From a virus (taxonomy: Duplodnaviria; Heunggongvirae; Uroviricota; Caudoviricetes): 64,000 bases of DNA. The position numbers and the translations under genes were made by a program. Every line of letters begins with the position of its first letter. The first letter of the stretch is position 1. The notes under the pieces are model-generated. The model saw only the letters and a program-made list of their open reading frames with translations. It was not told the DNA's origin and did no database searches. Shown in pieces: positions 55,802 to 64,000 of this stretch. The stretch is from positions 155,305-219,304 of the IMG/VR virus record IMGVR_UViG_3300031949_000001; one strand, 5' to 3'.

Positions 55802-55837
55802 AGAAGAAAATATCCTTCAAAACCTTGATCATAGGTC

Positions 55838-58800
55838 TTAAGACGATTGCTTCAGAACAGCCTTACTCAAAGTGGTTACGATACTGATTTGATCGGCTGT
55901 CACATCAGGAATAAAGATTTCATTATCACCAGCTTGAATCTGGAACAAGTCACCAAAGGTGCCGGTTGAAGAGTTAGGAACTATAACGACAGAATTCAAG
56001 TCCGCCGGTAGAGCGTTTTGAATAGATGCAGCCAATTCTTCCCAATAGAATGTCTCACCGAAATCAAAATTGGCAATATCAAAGAAAGTCTGGACAGTTT
56101 GGATAATGGTTTGTTTAATTTCGTTATTAGTCAATGTGGTTGTAGGAGACGGAATAACGATAAACGTTCCTTGCAATGAAGGCTCTGCGTGCGAGCCAAA
56201 CAAGAATTTAAATGTTCCTGAACGAAGAACCATAGTATCTGATAACATACGATTATTTAACAAATATCCATAGCTGGTACGTAGATCGAATGGAGTAGGT
56301 GCTGCTGGTTGCTCTGTTACTAAACCATTCAACCAATTCTTTGTGTTCAAATAGTAAGCGCGTTGAATAATAAATCCATCAATGATGTTGGTCGAAGCCG
56401 GGTCGATCAAATGACGATCACGGGTTCTATGCATCCAGAAGAAGTTTATAGCGCTTCTGCCGAGTCGGCGAGAGTAGGTGGTACCGTCATTAGTATTCGT
56501 TGACGCGGTGTCGTTAATAAAAGCCTGGATGTTATCTGTGGTGGGTGGAATTGGAGTAGGCTCAGTATCCGCATCTAGTCTTGCAAAGTAAACATAATCC
56601 TTGACTTCAATTGTAGCCGTATTATTACCATTGAAGTTTGTTACAGCAACCGCGTTTTGAATAGTGTTGTTTACGTTGTAAGGGGAAATATTATTAAATG
56701 TAATTGGGAAACCCAAATCCCCAGTAACAGAGACATCACCACGACCTTGAATGTAAGGAATTGGAACTGGCACGATGAAAGTTGTCAACAACGTTAAAAT
56801 ACCGGTACCTATGGTAGTAGTGAGAGGAATAGTTCCTGGTGAAACGACAATGTCTGTATTACCTAGAACGTTAGTAGCAGAAACTACTACATAAGCTTTG
56901 TTACCTGCGGGATCGGGATTTCCAGTCACGACAATCGTTTGCCCAACTGTAAAGCTACCTGCGAAGTTACCAAGAATCGTCCAGGTGTTTGTTCCGGAGT
57001 TGACTCCGTTTATAGTGAATTGTGTTCCGTATGAACCTGTCACTGATGTATCAGAGAGAAAGACATGACCGAGATATGTTATATCCCAACCACCAATGAA
57101 TGCCACTACGATAGTGAACGGTGGAGTTGTAATCAGCGACGTGAAGCGCATGTTACCGCCAGGAAATGTAATCGTAACCGGAGGTGTTAAAGGAAGTTGT
57201 GCGAGAATCGTATCTGCCAATTGCTGATATGTTTGTGCTTGGCTTGTATTGAATGTGATGGTCGTTAGAACACCACCAACAGTAACTGTCATGCTGAATA
57301 TTTGGTCTGTTCCTTCCGTATCACCAGTGTAAATTGCATTAACCGGCTCAACTAATGCTGTAGCAAGAGCTTGGATAATACCAGATGGATCAGAATAATT
57401 GGTCACGTTGACTTTAGACAAAGAACCAAGTGTATTGCTTGTTATCTTAATATTTCCATCAACTAGTTGGGTGAGTGCTAAATTCTGAAGATTTGTATTA
57501 ATAATAGCCACCAAAGAACCATACGTTTGTATCTCTGTTCCAGTTACATTGAAAGATAGTTTAGATGAAGCCAAATGGTAGTTTAAGTTTCCATCTACGA
57601 CTGCGCTTGGGATTGGTTCATAAACCAAAAGCTCAGTACCCAATGTGTTTGTTCCAGCTATCGCAGCCTGGATTGCAACGAAAGCATCAAGTGAAGAAAA
57701 CAAATTCGGCGGCGGTCCATCTGTAATTAGCACCGTCGAAGAGGTTCCCAAGGTGTTACTGGTTACTTGGAGGTTACCAAAATTTAGACTTACGACACCA
57801 AAGCCAGATAAAAAACCGTTTAAAGTCGTGATCAAATCACTATATGTTTGACCTTGCCCACCAGTAATAGAAATAACATGAGGGGTGCCGTCGATTGTTA
57901 TTGTAGCTGAATACGTTACTGCGATAGTATTTGTTCCTGGTGTTGTAATCCATGAGCCGGGCGCGTCCACGTTTGTAAGAGACGCGAACAAAAGATTGAC
58001 ACCTACGTCCAAAATAGCAACGGACGCAAGCGCTCCAGTAGTAGCATTCGTTATTACTATATTACCACCGGTTTGTTGAATGGTCGCTAATGCACCCAAT
58101 TGTGCTTGGATGACACCCAATAGAGTTGCATAAGTCTGAGCAGTTGAACCGATGACGGCAAGGTTGACAACTATCAAGCTTGGACCTAATGTTACCTGTG
58201 CGGTGTAAACTGTTGCATTGTTAGCTAAACCAGTTACATCTGATCCACTATGCGGGATTGAAAATGTTACCGTTTGAGAACCAGGAGTTGCAGCGATATC
58301 GTTGGTTAAACCTGTTAAACTCCCAAGAACCTGCGTGCCTCCAACATTAACGATTTGGAAACCCGGTGTGCCATTGACGAATTGGAATGAACGAATGGTA
58401 TATGTCCCATCATTACCAGTCGAACCGGTTATGGTGAATTTACGATAATTGGATAGGACTTGTGTGATATCTGGTGTGACGTAGAACTTTTGTAGGTTTT
58501 GGACAACTCCACTAACGACTGTTGTGTTCAACGCCGGCTGTTGATCGATTTCTAATGTAAATTTGTAGCTCACTAGATCGTTCGGAATGTTGGTTGCTGT
58601 ATCTGGTGTAACGCCGCCGCCAACTTCTAAAAATGTGTAACCGGCTGTTGGAACCGGTAGACCGGTCGCGCCGTCAGCACTTGCGCGTCCATCTACATTA
58701 ACTGTATATGATGCTGGTGTTGAATTGGAGGTTAATACAATAGTTGGATTCAACAACGGCGATAAAAGAACGTCAGTTGGTAAACCAATGCTATTTTCAT

Positions 58801-60913
58801 CGGCAGGTACAACAGTGAGTCTATGGATATTTTCCAAGCCCGTGTTTAAATATTCAGCTAATCCTGTTATTACCAACGAAATGTTTTCTATCAGAACACC
58901 ATTTCGATTTGCATTGATGTTAGCATTCAATACCGCGATGATATCGTTTGCTGGATCGAGCGTGTCGAAACTGACAACTTCTGATGAGTTGGCAAACCAG
59001 AATTTGGTAACCTCGCTATCAGCGAACAAAGTTGCCGCTGTGTGTGTAATTATCCATGGAGTAACGGTTGGATTTGTATTGGCAACGAAGAAATAGTACG
59101 GATTCGTTGGATTTGATACTAGCCATGTACCAAAATAATCAGCACTACTGAATGCCATCCAAGTATCAGTTGGTACATCATGGACGAAATATACCGGGAA
59201 GCCAACAGATGGTAGTGGAATTGGATGCGTTGGCGTTGTATCACCGAGGCGGTATGGAAGTTCATTTATTTCCAAAGCATTGAATAGTCGTCTTCCTGGA
59301 TTTGAATCACCACGAAGAACACGAATGGAATAAACTGTTGGGTCAGAGAGTAACGGTTGGATGACGTTTTCGACTATGAATGTACCGGAAACCGAGGCTC
59401 CAATTGGGGGTGGTACGATGTCATCAGTATCATAAAAAATAGCCAAATCATTTCCGAAAATCTTAACGTTGTCGTAGGCTTCGCTAGGGTCAGAAAAGTT
59501 GATATAATTACTTTCACCAGCAAAGGTTCGATTGATAGAACGCAACTTAAGGATCGTTGGGTCTTGCAACATGAACGTGTTGTAATCTTGACCATTAACC
59601 ATACGATCTTGGGTGTAGTAAACCCCCGGAGCCGTTCTACGAATGTGCTCGATATCTTCAGTTGGTGCCGCGTTCTGAATCGATGTCGTCAAGCTAAATT
59701 GGAAAGACAATGTCTGGTTGTTTCCTTCGGCATCTAAGTATGTCAATTGTCCAGCCTGACCAGAAATGGAATTTTGAGGGACGGAAACGTCAGCGTTTGC
59801 TGACACACGATACCAAATATTGAACGTACCACTAGGAACATTAGCAAACTCACCATCTCCAAAAACTAGACGAACATCATCACCTTCCAAAGATTCAACT
59901 TCGTACTTATTTCGAATTGTATTGGTGTTGAAAATGATGTTTTGGGCACTTGAAATATCAACAGGAATCCATTCACCGGAACGTATTCCCGGTTCACTAC
60001 CATCATCGGTTACTGTTCCTGTTGTTGGATTGATATTGTTGAGCCATAAATCTGTTTCATTGATGTTATTTGCTCCAACGTCAAACGTTTGGTTTGGAGT
60101 AACACCGTCGAATGTCTGTGTTGTTTCAATCAATGTTCCTTGCTTAGTGAACATTAAGAAGCCAGTAGTTCCGGAGCCATCACCTAAGCCGTCCGTAGCA
60201 TATAAAACGGTAAATTCGGAATTGTTTTCTGGACGTTTTTCGATTGGTCCATTGTTTGTTAAAATGGTAGGAACGAGTTCGAAATCGTATGACGTGTTCG
60301 ATACCAAGGCGCTATATGGAATGACACCATTCGGTAGTGGATTGTTATTGAAGGTGTAAAGTTCAAATAGCACGTCTTGAACCTGGACTCTTTCATTTGG
60401 AGATACGTTTCCAAATGTGCCGTTTAAGGCACGGTTTATAACCAGAATAAATTGATCTTTCCAATTTGGGTTTGTAGGATCATTCCAAATAATATTTTTA
60501 TTAGTTAGAATGTTACCTTGCCCATCAATAACGGTTTCTGTTGTTCGTATTGAAATGAGCTTGACTAAACCCCTAGCTGGGATGTTTCTAGATGATTTAT
60601 AGGAAATGAATTTTGCGAGTCGTAGGACACTACCCATACGTTGTGCCACGGGCAATAAGTTTTCATGAGCGTTAAGATCCGTACGATACGCCATAAGCTC
60701 GCCAACATAAGCAAACAACTCCATCCAAGCAATGAATTCGTCCGATTCGATGAAGTCGTTAAAAATTTCAGGAAAGTACAATTTAACATAGTCGAGCGTA
60801 CTCTGCTTTATCGCATTGAAGTCAAACGCGGTGAAGTTAATATTTTGAAACTGCTCATAAACCTGTCTCCAGGTTTCGGCAGAACTGACCGTTGGGATTA
60901 ACCTGCCTGCCAT
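55838..60913 (-). CDS. gp6: Baseplate wedge protein (T4 gp6-like) with a ~1000-aa insertion
   Basis: FTAFDFNAIK...YFPE.FNDFIESDE...ELFAYVGE, SVLRLAKFISY, EDIEHIRRTAP..YYTQDRMVNGQDY; downstream of gp25. Confidence 0.85.
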   Translation of the reverse strand: MAGRLIPTVSSAETWRQVYEQFQNINFTAFDFNAIKQSTLDYVKLYFPEIFNDFIESDEFIAWMELFAYVGELMAYRTDLNAHENLLPVAQRMGSVLRLAKFISYKSSRNIPARGLVKLISIRTTETVIDGQGNILTNKNIIWNDPTNPNWKDQFILVINRALNGTFGNVSPNERVQVQDVLFELYTFNNNPLPNGVIPYSALVSNTSYDFELVPTILTNNGPIEKRPENNSEFTVLYATDGLGDGSGTTGFLMFTKQGTLIETTQTFDGVTPNQTFDVGANNINETDLWLNNINPTTGTVTDDGSEPGIRSGEWIPVDISSAQNIIFNTNTIRNKYEVESLEGDDVRLVFGDGEFANVPSGTFNIWYRVSANADVSVPQNSISGQAGQLTYLDAEGNNQTLSFQFSLTTSIQNAAPTEDIEHIRRTAPGVYYTQDRMVNGQDYNTFMLQDPTILKLRSINRTFAGESNYINFSDPSEAYDNVKIFGNDLAIFYDTDDIVPPPIGASVSGTFIVENVIQPLLSDPTVYSIRVLRGDSNPGRRLFNALEINELPYRLGDTTPTHPIPLPSVGFPVYFVHDVPTDTWMAFSSADYFGTWLVSNPTNPYYFFVANTNPTVTPWIITHTAATLFADSEVTKFWFANSSEVVSFDTLDPANDIIAVLNANINANRNGVLIENISLVITGLAEYLNTGLENIHRLTVVPADENSIGLPTDVLLSPLLNPTIVLTSNSTPASYTVNVDGRASADGATGLPVPTAGYTFLEVGGGVTPDTATNIPNDLVSYKFTLEIDQQPALNTTVVSGVVQNLQKFYVTPDITQVLSNYRKFTITGSTGNDGTYTIRSFQFVNGTPGFQIVNVGGTQVLGSLTGLTNDIAATPGSQTVTFSIPHSGSDVTGLANNATVYTAQVTLGPSLIVVNLAVIGSTAQTYATLLGVIQAQLGALATIQQTGGNIVITNATTGALASVAILDVGVNLLFASLTNVDAPGSWITTPGTNTIAVTYSATITIDGTPHVISITGGQGQTYSDLITTLNGFLSGFGVVSLNFGNLQVTSNTLGTSSTVLITDGPPPNLFSSLDAFVAIQAAIAGTNTLGTELLVYEPIPSAVVDGNLNYHLASSKLSFNVTGTEIQTYGSLVAIINTNLQNLALTQLVDGNIKITSNTLGSLSKVNVTNYSDPSGIIQALATALVEPVNAIYTGDTEGTDQIFSMTVTVGGVLTTITFNTSQAQTYQQLADTILAQLPLTPPVTITFPGGNMRFTSLITTPPFTIVVAFIGGWDITYLGHVFLSDTSVTGSYGTQFTINGVNSGTNTWTILGNFAGSFTVGQTIVVTGNPDPAGNKAYVVVSATNVLGNTDIVVSPGTIPLTTTIGTGILTLLTTFIVPVPIPYIQGRGDVSVTGDLGFPITFNNISPYNVNNTIQNAVAVTNFNGNNTATIEVKDYVYFARLDADTEPTPIPPTTDNIQAFINDTASTNTNDGTTYSRRLGRSAINFFWMHRTRDRHLIDPASTNIIDGFIIQRAYYLNTKNWLNGLVTEQPAAPTPFDLRTSYGYLLNNRMLSDTMVLRSGTFKFLFGSHAEPSLQGTFIVIPSPTTTLTNNEIKQTIIQTVQTFFDIANFDFGETFYWEELAASIQNALPADLNSVVIVPNSSTGTFGDLFQIQAGDNEIFIPDVTADQISIVTTLSKAVLKQSS

Positions 60914-60925
60914 TGTTAATTTACC

Positions 60926-61315
60926 TTATTGTTCAAACGTTATGTTAAGATTGAGGTTATCCGTAATATTTAGCTCAAGATAGAGTAAATCAGCAGACAC
61001 TGTAATAGCATGGTTATCGTAGTCAGGTGTGACTGTAAAACTTAAAGCTTGAACCCTTGGATCAAAATTGATGACACTTAAAACTTCGTCATGAACTTGA
61101 CGAATTGTAAATTCATCTAGTGGCTCAAAAACAAGGTCAGGAATAATGGTTCCAAAATTTCCCATCACGACGCGTTCACCCTTGCGCGTAAAAATGTGAT
61201 TAACAAGATCCTGTTTAACAATTTCAACATCTGTTTTAACGAATGTTCTGGTTGTCAGGAAATCTTCAGTTGAAAACCCTATGTAAATAGGCTTCTTAAC
61301 AACGTTGGTAGCCAT
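60926..61315 (-). CDS. gp25: Baseplate wedge / sheath initiator (T4 gp25-like)
   Basis: VKQDLVNHIFTRKGERV...FGTII.DLVFEP...FDPRV. Confidence 0.92.
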   Translation of the reverse strand: MATNVVKKPIYIGFSTEDFLTTRTFVKTDVEIVKQDLVNHIFTRKGERVVMGNFGTIIPDLVFEPLDEFTIRQVHDEVLSVINFDPRVQALSFTVTPDYDNHAITVSADLLYLELNITDNLNLNITFEQ

Positions 61316-61341
61316 TGAATCTCCGGTTTGTAATTATATTG

Positions 61342-61349
61342 TATTTATC
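61342..61349 (-). promoter_or_regulatory. T4-type late promoter (gp25-gp6)
   Basis: GATAAATA upstream of 61315. Confidence 0.7.
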
Positions 61350-61367
61350 AGGAGGGTCTTGGCTAAA

Positions 61368-62756
61368 TTATCGACGCCAGTTCGGACCTCGGGTGGTGAA
61401 CTGTCTACCAACTTGTGAATCATTGTAATCAAATATTGATTCGTGGGTAAAGTCATCGAGTGTCGTCATTCTCCCCCAAGGTTCATGTTCGGGGAGAATG
61501 TTTGTCCAAAACGCTTGTTGAGCATTAGATACATCGCCGACCATTGCTGGTGGTCCGTTCAATTGAATCGTCGTAGCGGTCTCTAGAATCGAACCAACAA
61601 CCGACATAATGTTTAGATTCTGTTGGGAAGATATGTACAAGGTACCACCAACCACATTAACTTCGCTTCCTTGAATGAAATAATTACCAACTGCGCCGCT
61701 TCGGATGCTTCCTTCACAAAAAATATGGAAATCATTAGTGGATTGGAATCTGATTTCGCCTTGAGAAACGATATGAACACCATTTTTGGCGAACATTCGT
61801 ATTGTACGATCCGCCGAGAAGTTTATATCTTCGGAAGCATGGTATGATATGTTACGACCGAAGACATAGATGTTTCCATCCTGATCTAGTTCGACCCAAT
61901 TATTACCTTGGGCAGTACTAATGTAAATTCTTTCATTCGTATCATCCAATATGATTTGTGCGCCAGATGTTGTTCGAAACCGCATGCGACAGTTATCTAA
62001 ACTATCATCCATCGATATAGCGTGGAAACCTGGAGTTACCCAAGCATAGACGTTTGAATCATTGACTTGGTTAGCGGTGACTCGACTTTGATTGTAACCT
62101 TGAGTTGAGGTAACAACGACGCCGTCGCCTTGGGTAAATCTAAAACCAGCGTCATCTGCTATTTCAGCATCAATATCATCTGCATACGTTGTGACAGTAT
62201 CGTTATCAATGGCTGCTAATTGATGCTCAGCGCCGCGTGACCGATATTCATAGTTGTCATTCCTGGAACCGAAAGCAGTCGTTTGATTAGCATAGAGAGG
62301 TTGGATTGGTTGTTCTTGAGAAGATAGTGGTCCTTCTGGCTCTCCATGCTGTGACAATTGAGATGTATCATAGAAATACCTACCTCCTGGCATTGTATGA
62401 GAAGTTGTTTGGGCTGGTATACAACCTAAACAAACACGGCTCATTGGGTCGCCATTAATACAGGTTATCAATACACTAGAACCCACCTTTGGTGTGTTCC
62501 AAAAACCATAAGAAACTTGACCGACTGTGGTATTATCTGTTGATGATCCACGGGAAGCATTTGCCGCTTGAACCATACCCATGAATGGAGATGCCATCAA
62601 TGCCCATGGTAAATCAGAAACTTCAGCATAATCACGATCTCCGTATGCTGGAACTCTCGCTCGAATACGCCCTTCCTGTTGCGGATCATTAGTATCCACG
62701 ACAGTGCCGATGGTTATCACCATGTAAATTTGGTCTTTATCTACTGCGTCAAACAT
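61368..62756 (-). CDS. gp5: Central spike protein (T4 gp5 / VgrG-like) without a lysozyme domain
   Basis: OB-fold GTVVDTNDP...GRIRARVP...DLPWA...PKVGSSV; beta-helix repeats (FRTTSGAQIILDD..ERIYI). Start 62756 by TAATG overlap and AGGGGG SD. Confidence 0.88.
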   Translation of the reverse strand: MFDAVDKDQIYMVITIGTVVDTNDPQQEGRIRARVPAYGDRDYAEVSDLPWALMASPFMGMVQAANASRGSSTDNTTVGQVSYGFWNTPKVGSSVLITCINGDPMSRVCLGCIPAQTTSHTMPGGRYFYDTSQLSQHGEPEGPLSSQEQPIQPLYANQTTAFGSRNDNYEYRSRGAEHQLAAIDNDTVTTYADDIDAEIADDAGFRFTQGDGVVVTSTQGYNQSRVTANQVNDSNVYAWVTPGFHAISMDDSLDNCRMRFRTTSGAQIILDDTNERIYISTAQGNNWVELDQDGNIYVFGRNISYHASEDINFSADRTIRMFAKNGVHIVSQGEIRFQSTNDFHIFCEGSIRSGAVGNYFIQGSEVNVVGGTLYISSQQNLNIMSVVGSILETATTIQLNGPPAMVGDVSNAQQAFWTNILPEHEPWGRMTTLDDFTHESIFDYNDSQVGRQFTTRGPNWRR

Positions 62757-63406
62757 TAGATGACCCCCTTGAACCACTCTGTATAATCACCAGGAAAATC
62801 TGCTGGAGAATGGAGATAAAAGCCATTGGTCTCTATGTAGAAACGAACTTGATAAAGATCACCGAATTTAATTTCGGTATTGTAATTTATGAAGTGAGGA
62901 CCACTAGGATAGGCGATCAATGTGCCGCGCTGAGGTTGGAAACTGAAACCATGTTGCGGAAACTCTAGTTTTCCGCCATAGACTTCATATGAGTTATCGA
63001 ATGGGATACTGTTGTTGTAATCATTTAAAAAGATGACACCAGAAAAATCTCGTAGAGCGCTTCGATTCCATCTGCCGTTGACATAAGAACTGTTATCACA
63101 TTTCAACTTATCTTGTGCTCCTGCCCCAAACCACTCAATAGAAATATCCTCTAAGTTCTTGTAATGAACGTTAAAATGAGATTCGATTAGTGGTACAACT
63201 CCGAGAATTGGGAGTTGAAGATATTGAGTTCCTAATTCTTTATAGACGGCTTTTATCGGTGGGGAATCAGCAAATACTTTGGTTGTTGGATTGTATTTTG
63301 TTTCTGTTGTTATTGACATGTTCGGAAGACATGCAATGATACGCTCACATGTGAGCGGAGAGATGAATCGTTGAATGACTATAAATGGAGATTTAACCAT
63401 ACCCAT
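62756..63406 (-). CDS. 2OG-Fe(II) oxygenase-fold protein (P4H-like) with metal ligands apparently lost
   Basis: FISPLTCE, RDFSGVIFLND, GGKLEFP, P.RGTLIAYPS; the expected HxD reads KCD and the distal His position reads N. Confidence 0.7.
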   Translation of the reverse strand: MGMVKSPFIVIQRFISPLTCERIIACLPNMSITTETKYNPTTKVFADSPPIKAVYKELGTQYLQLPILGVVPLIESHFNVHYKNLEDISIEWFGAGAQDKLKCDNSSYVNGRWNRSALRDFSGVIFLNDYNNSIPFDNSYEVYGGKLEFPQHGFSFQPQRGTLIAYPSGPHFINYNTEIKFGDLYQVRFYIETNGFYLHSPADFPGDYTEWFKGVI

Positions 63407-63425
63407 AAAATTCCTTTGTTTGAAG

Positions 63426-63433
63426 TATTTATG
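63426..63433 (-). promoter_or_regulatory. T4-type late promoter (2OG-fold gene-gp5)
   Basis: CATAAATA upstream of 63406. Confidence 0.7.
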
Positions 63434-63454
63434 GAGACGCTTTTCGACTTATTT

Positions 63455-64000
63455 TTAGCCCAATAGGTTCTTGACTTGGCGTCCGATATAGTTCCAATTG
63501 ATTGATTCTTTTGTAGGATCGATAAGGTACTTACCCTTTTGAAGTAGATTTGCACCAATCAATAATGGATCTTCCATATTTGAACGATCATTTAGATTAA
63601 ACAGGATATCATGATAGACCGCATCTTTAACTCTTACATCGAATCGAACAACTGGACGTTGATGCGTCCCACCATCAGCCGAAGAGATGGCTTGATATTG
63701 TTCTAGGTTCATAGAATATTTCATCTTGTTGAAAACGAAGGTAACTATTTCTTCTTCGCTTGTTCCAAATGGATCGCGCTTAACTTGAACATTTTCTGCA
63801 TGAAGAGAACAAAATTGAGCACCAGTATCAACCTTACCACGGAGAGTCTGATCTTGATTAAAACCAATGAGAGTAATATCAAGATACGTACCGATGGTTC
63901 GGTTTTCATAGTCTTGCTTAATTTTTTCGCCCTTGTCTGGCTGTTTATCAAATGTTGGCTGATTTATTGGGTGTGTTCCCAAGTGTCCTACCATGTTCAA
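63455..64000 (-). CDS. Retropepsin-like protease (RimK-associated 'ATP-dependent Zn protease' family), 5' end probably outside the window
   Basis: GKVDTGA..CSLHA, RPVV, NLNDRSNM..PLLIG.NLL. Confidence 0.8.
   Translation of the reverse strand: MNMVGHLGTHPINQPTFDKQPDKGEKIKQDYENRTIGTYLDITLIGFNQDQTLRGKVDTGAQFCSLHAENVQVKRDPFGTSEEEIVTFVFNKMKYSMNLEQYQAISSADGGTHQRPVVRFDVRVKDAVYHDILFNLNDRSNMEDPLLIGANLLQKGKYLIDPTKESINWNYIGRQVKNLLG

Noticed and set aside
1-64000. Stop-codon reassignment, seen in some large phages
   Set aside because: Conserved genes (gp23, gp20, gp43, gp46, the 8.8-kb ORF) are full length under the standard code.
1-64000. tRNA or rRNA genes
   Set aside because: No cloverleaf with a T-loop and acceptor stem found by eye in the intergenic gaps; GGTTCGAA-like hits (e.g. 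about 8163) lie in coding DNA. A tRNAscan run would be decisive.

Overview
The window is a 64-kb segment of a large T4-superfamily (jumbo-type) myophage genome, read with the standard genetic code. From left to right it contains: the tail sheath (truncated) and neck genes gp15/gp14/gp13; the head module gp23/gp22/gp21/core protein/gp20; a tape-measure-like gene divergent from a gp26-like chaperone; a mixed accessory block (GNAT, DinG helicase, nucleotidyltransferase, RuvC, HNH, OB-fold protein); gp46/gp47/gp55; tube initiator/gp53/hub; DsbA and an SLT muramidase; family B DNA polymerase, clamp, vWA protein and RNase H; a holin-like gene and a PAAR-M15 peptidase fusion; a very large baseplate block (986, 2927 and 1691 aa proteins, gp25, gp5); a degenerate 2OG-Fe(II) oxygenase; and a truncated retropepsin-like protease. 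A gp55-type late promoter (NATAAATA) precedes most virion transcription units, and several sigma70-type promoters are clear. I saw no tRNA, CRISPR array, intein or reverse transcriptase. The most interesting leads are: (1) non-structural genes, including a nucleotidyltransferase and a GNAT acetyltransferase, with late promoters and T4 capsid-targeting-like N-termini, suggesting injected enzyme cargo; (2) a probable -1 frameshift at T7 (17338-17344) joining the gp26- and gp51-like chaperones; (3) redistribution of peptidoglycan hydrolases (no lysozyme in gp5, an M15 peptidase on the PAAR tip, a degenerate SLT paralog on the hub); (4) a gp13 neck protein fused to about 15 Trp-rich repeats. All homology calls come from motif recognition by eye, with no database search.
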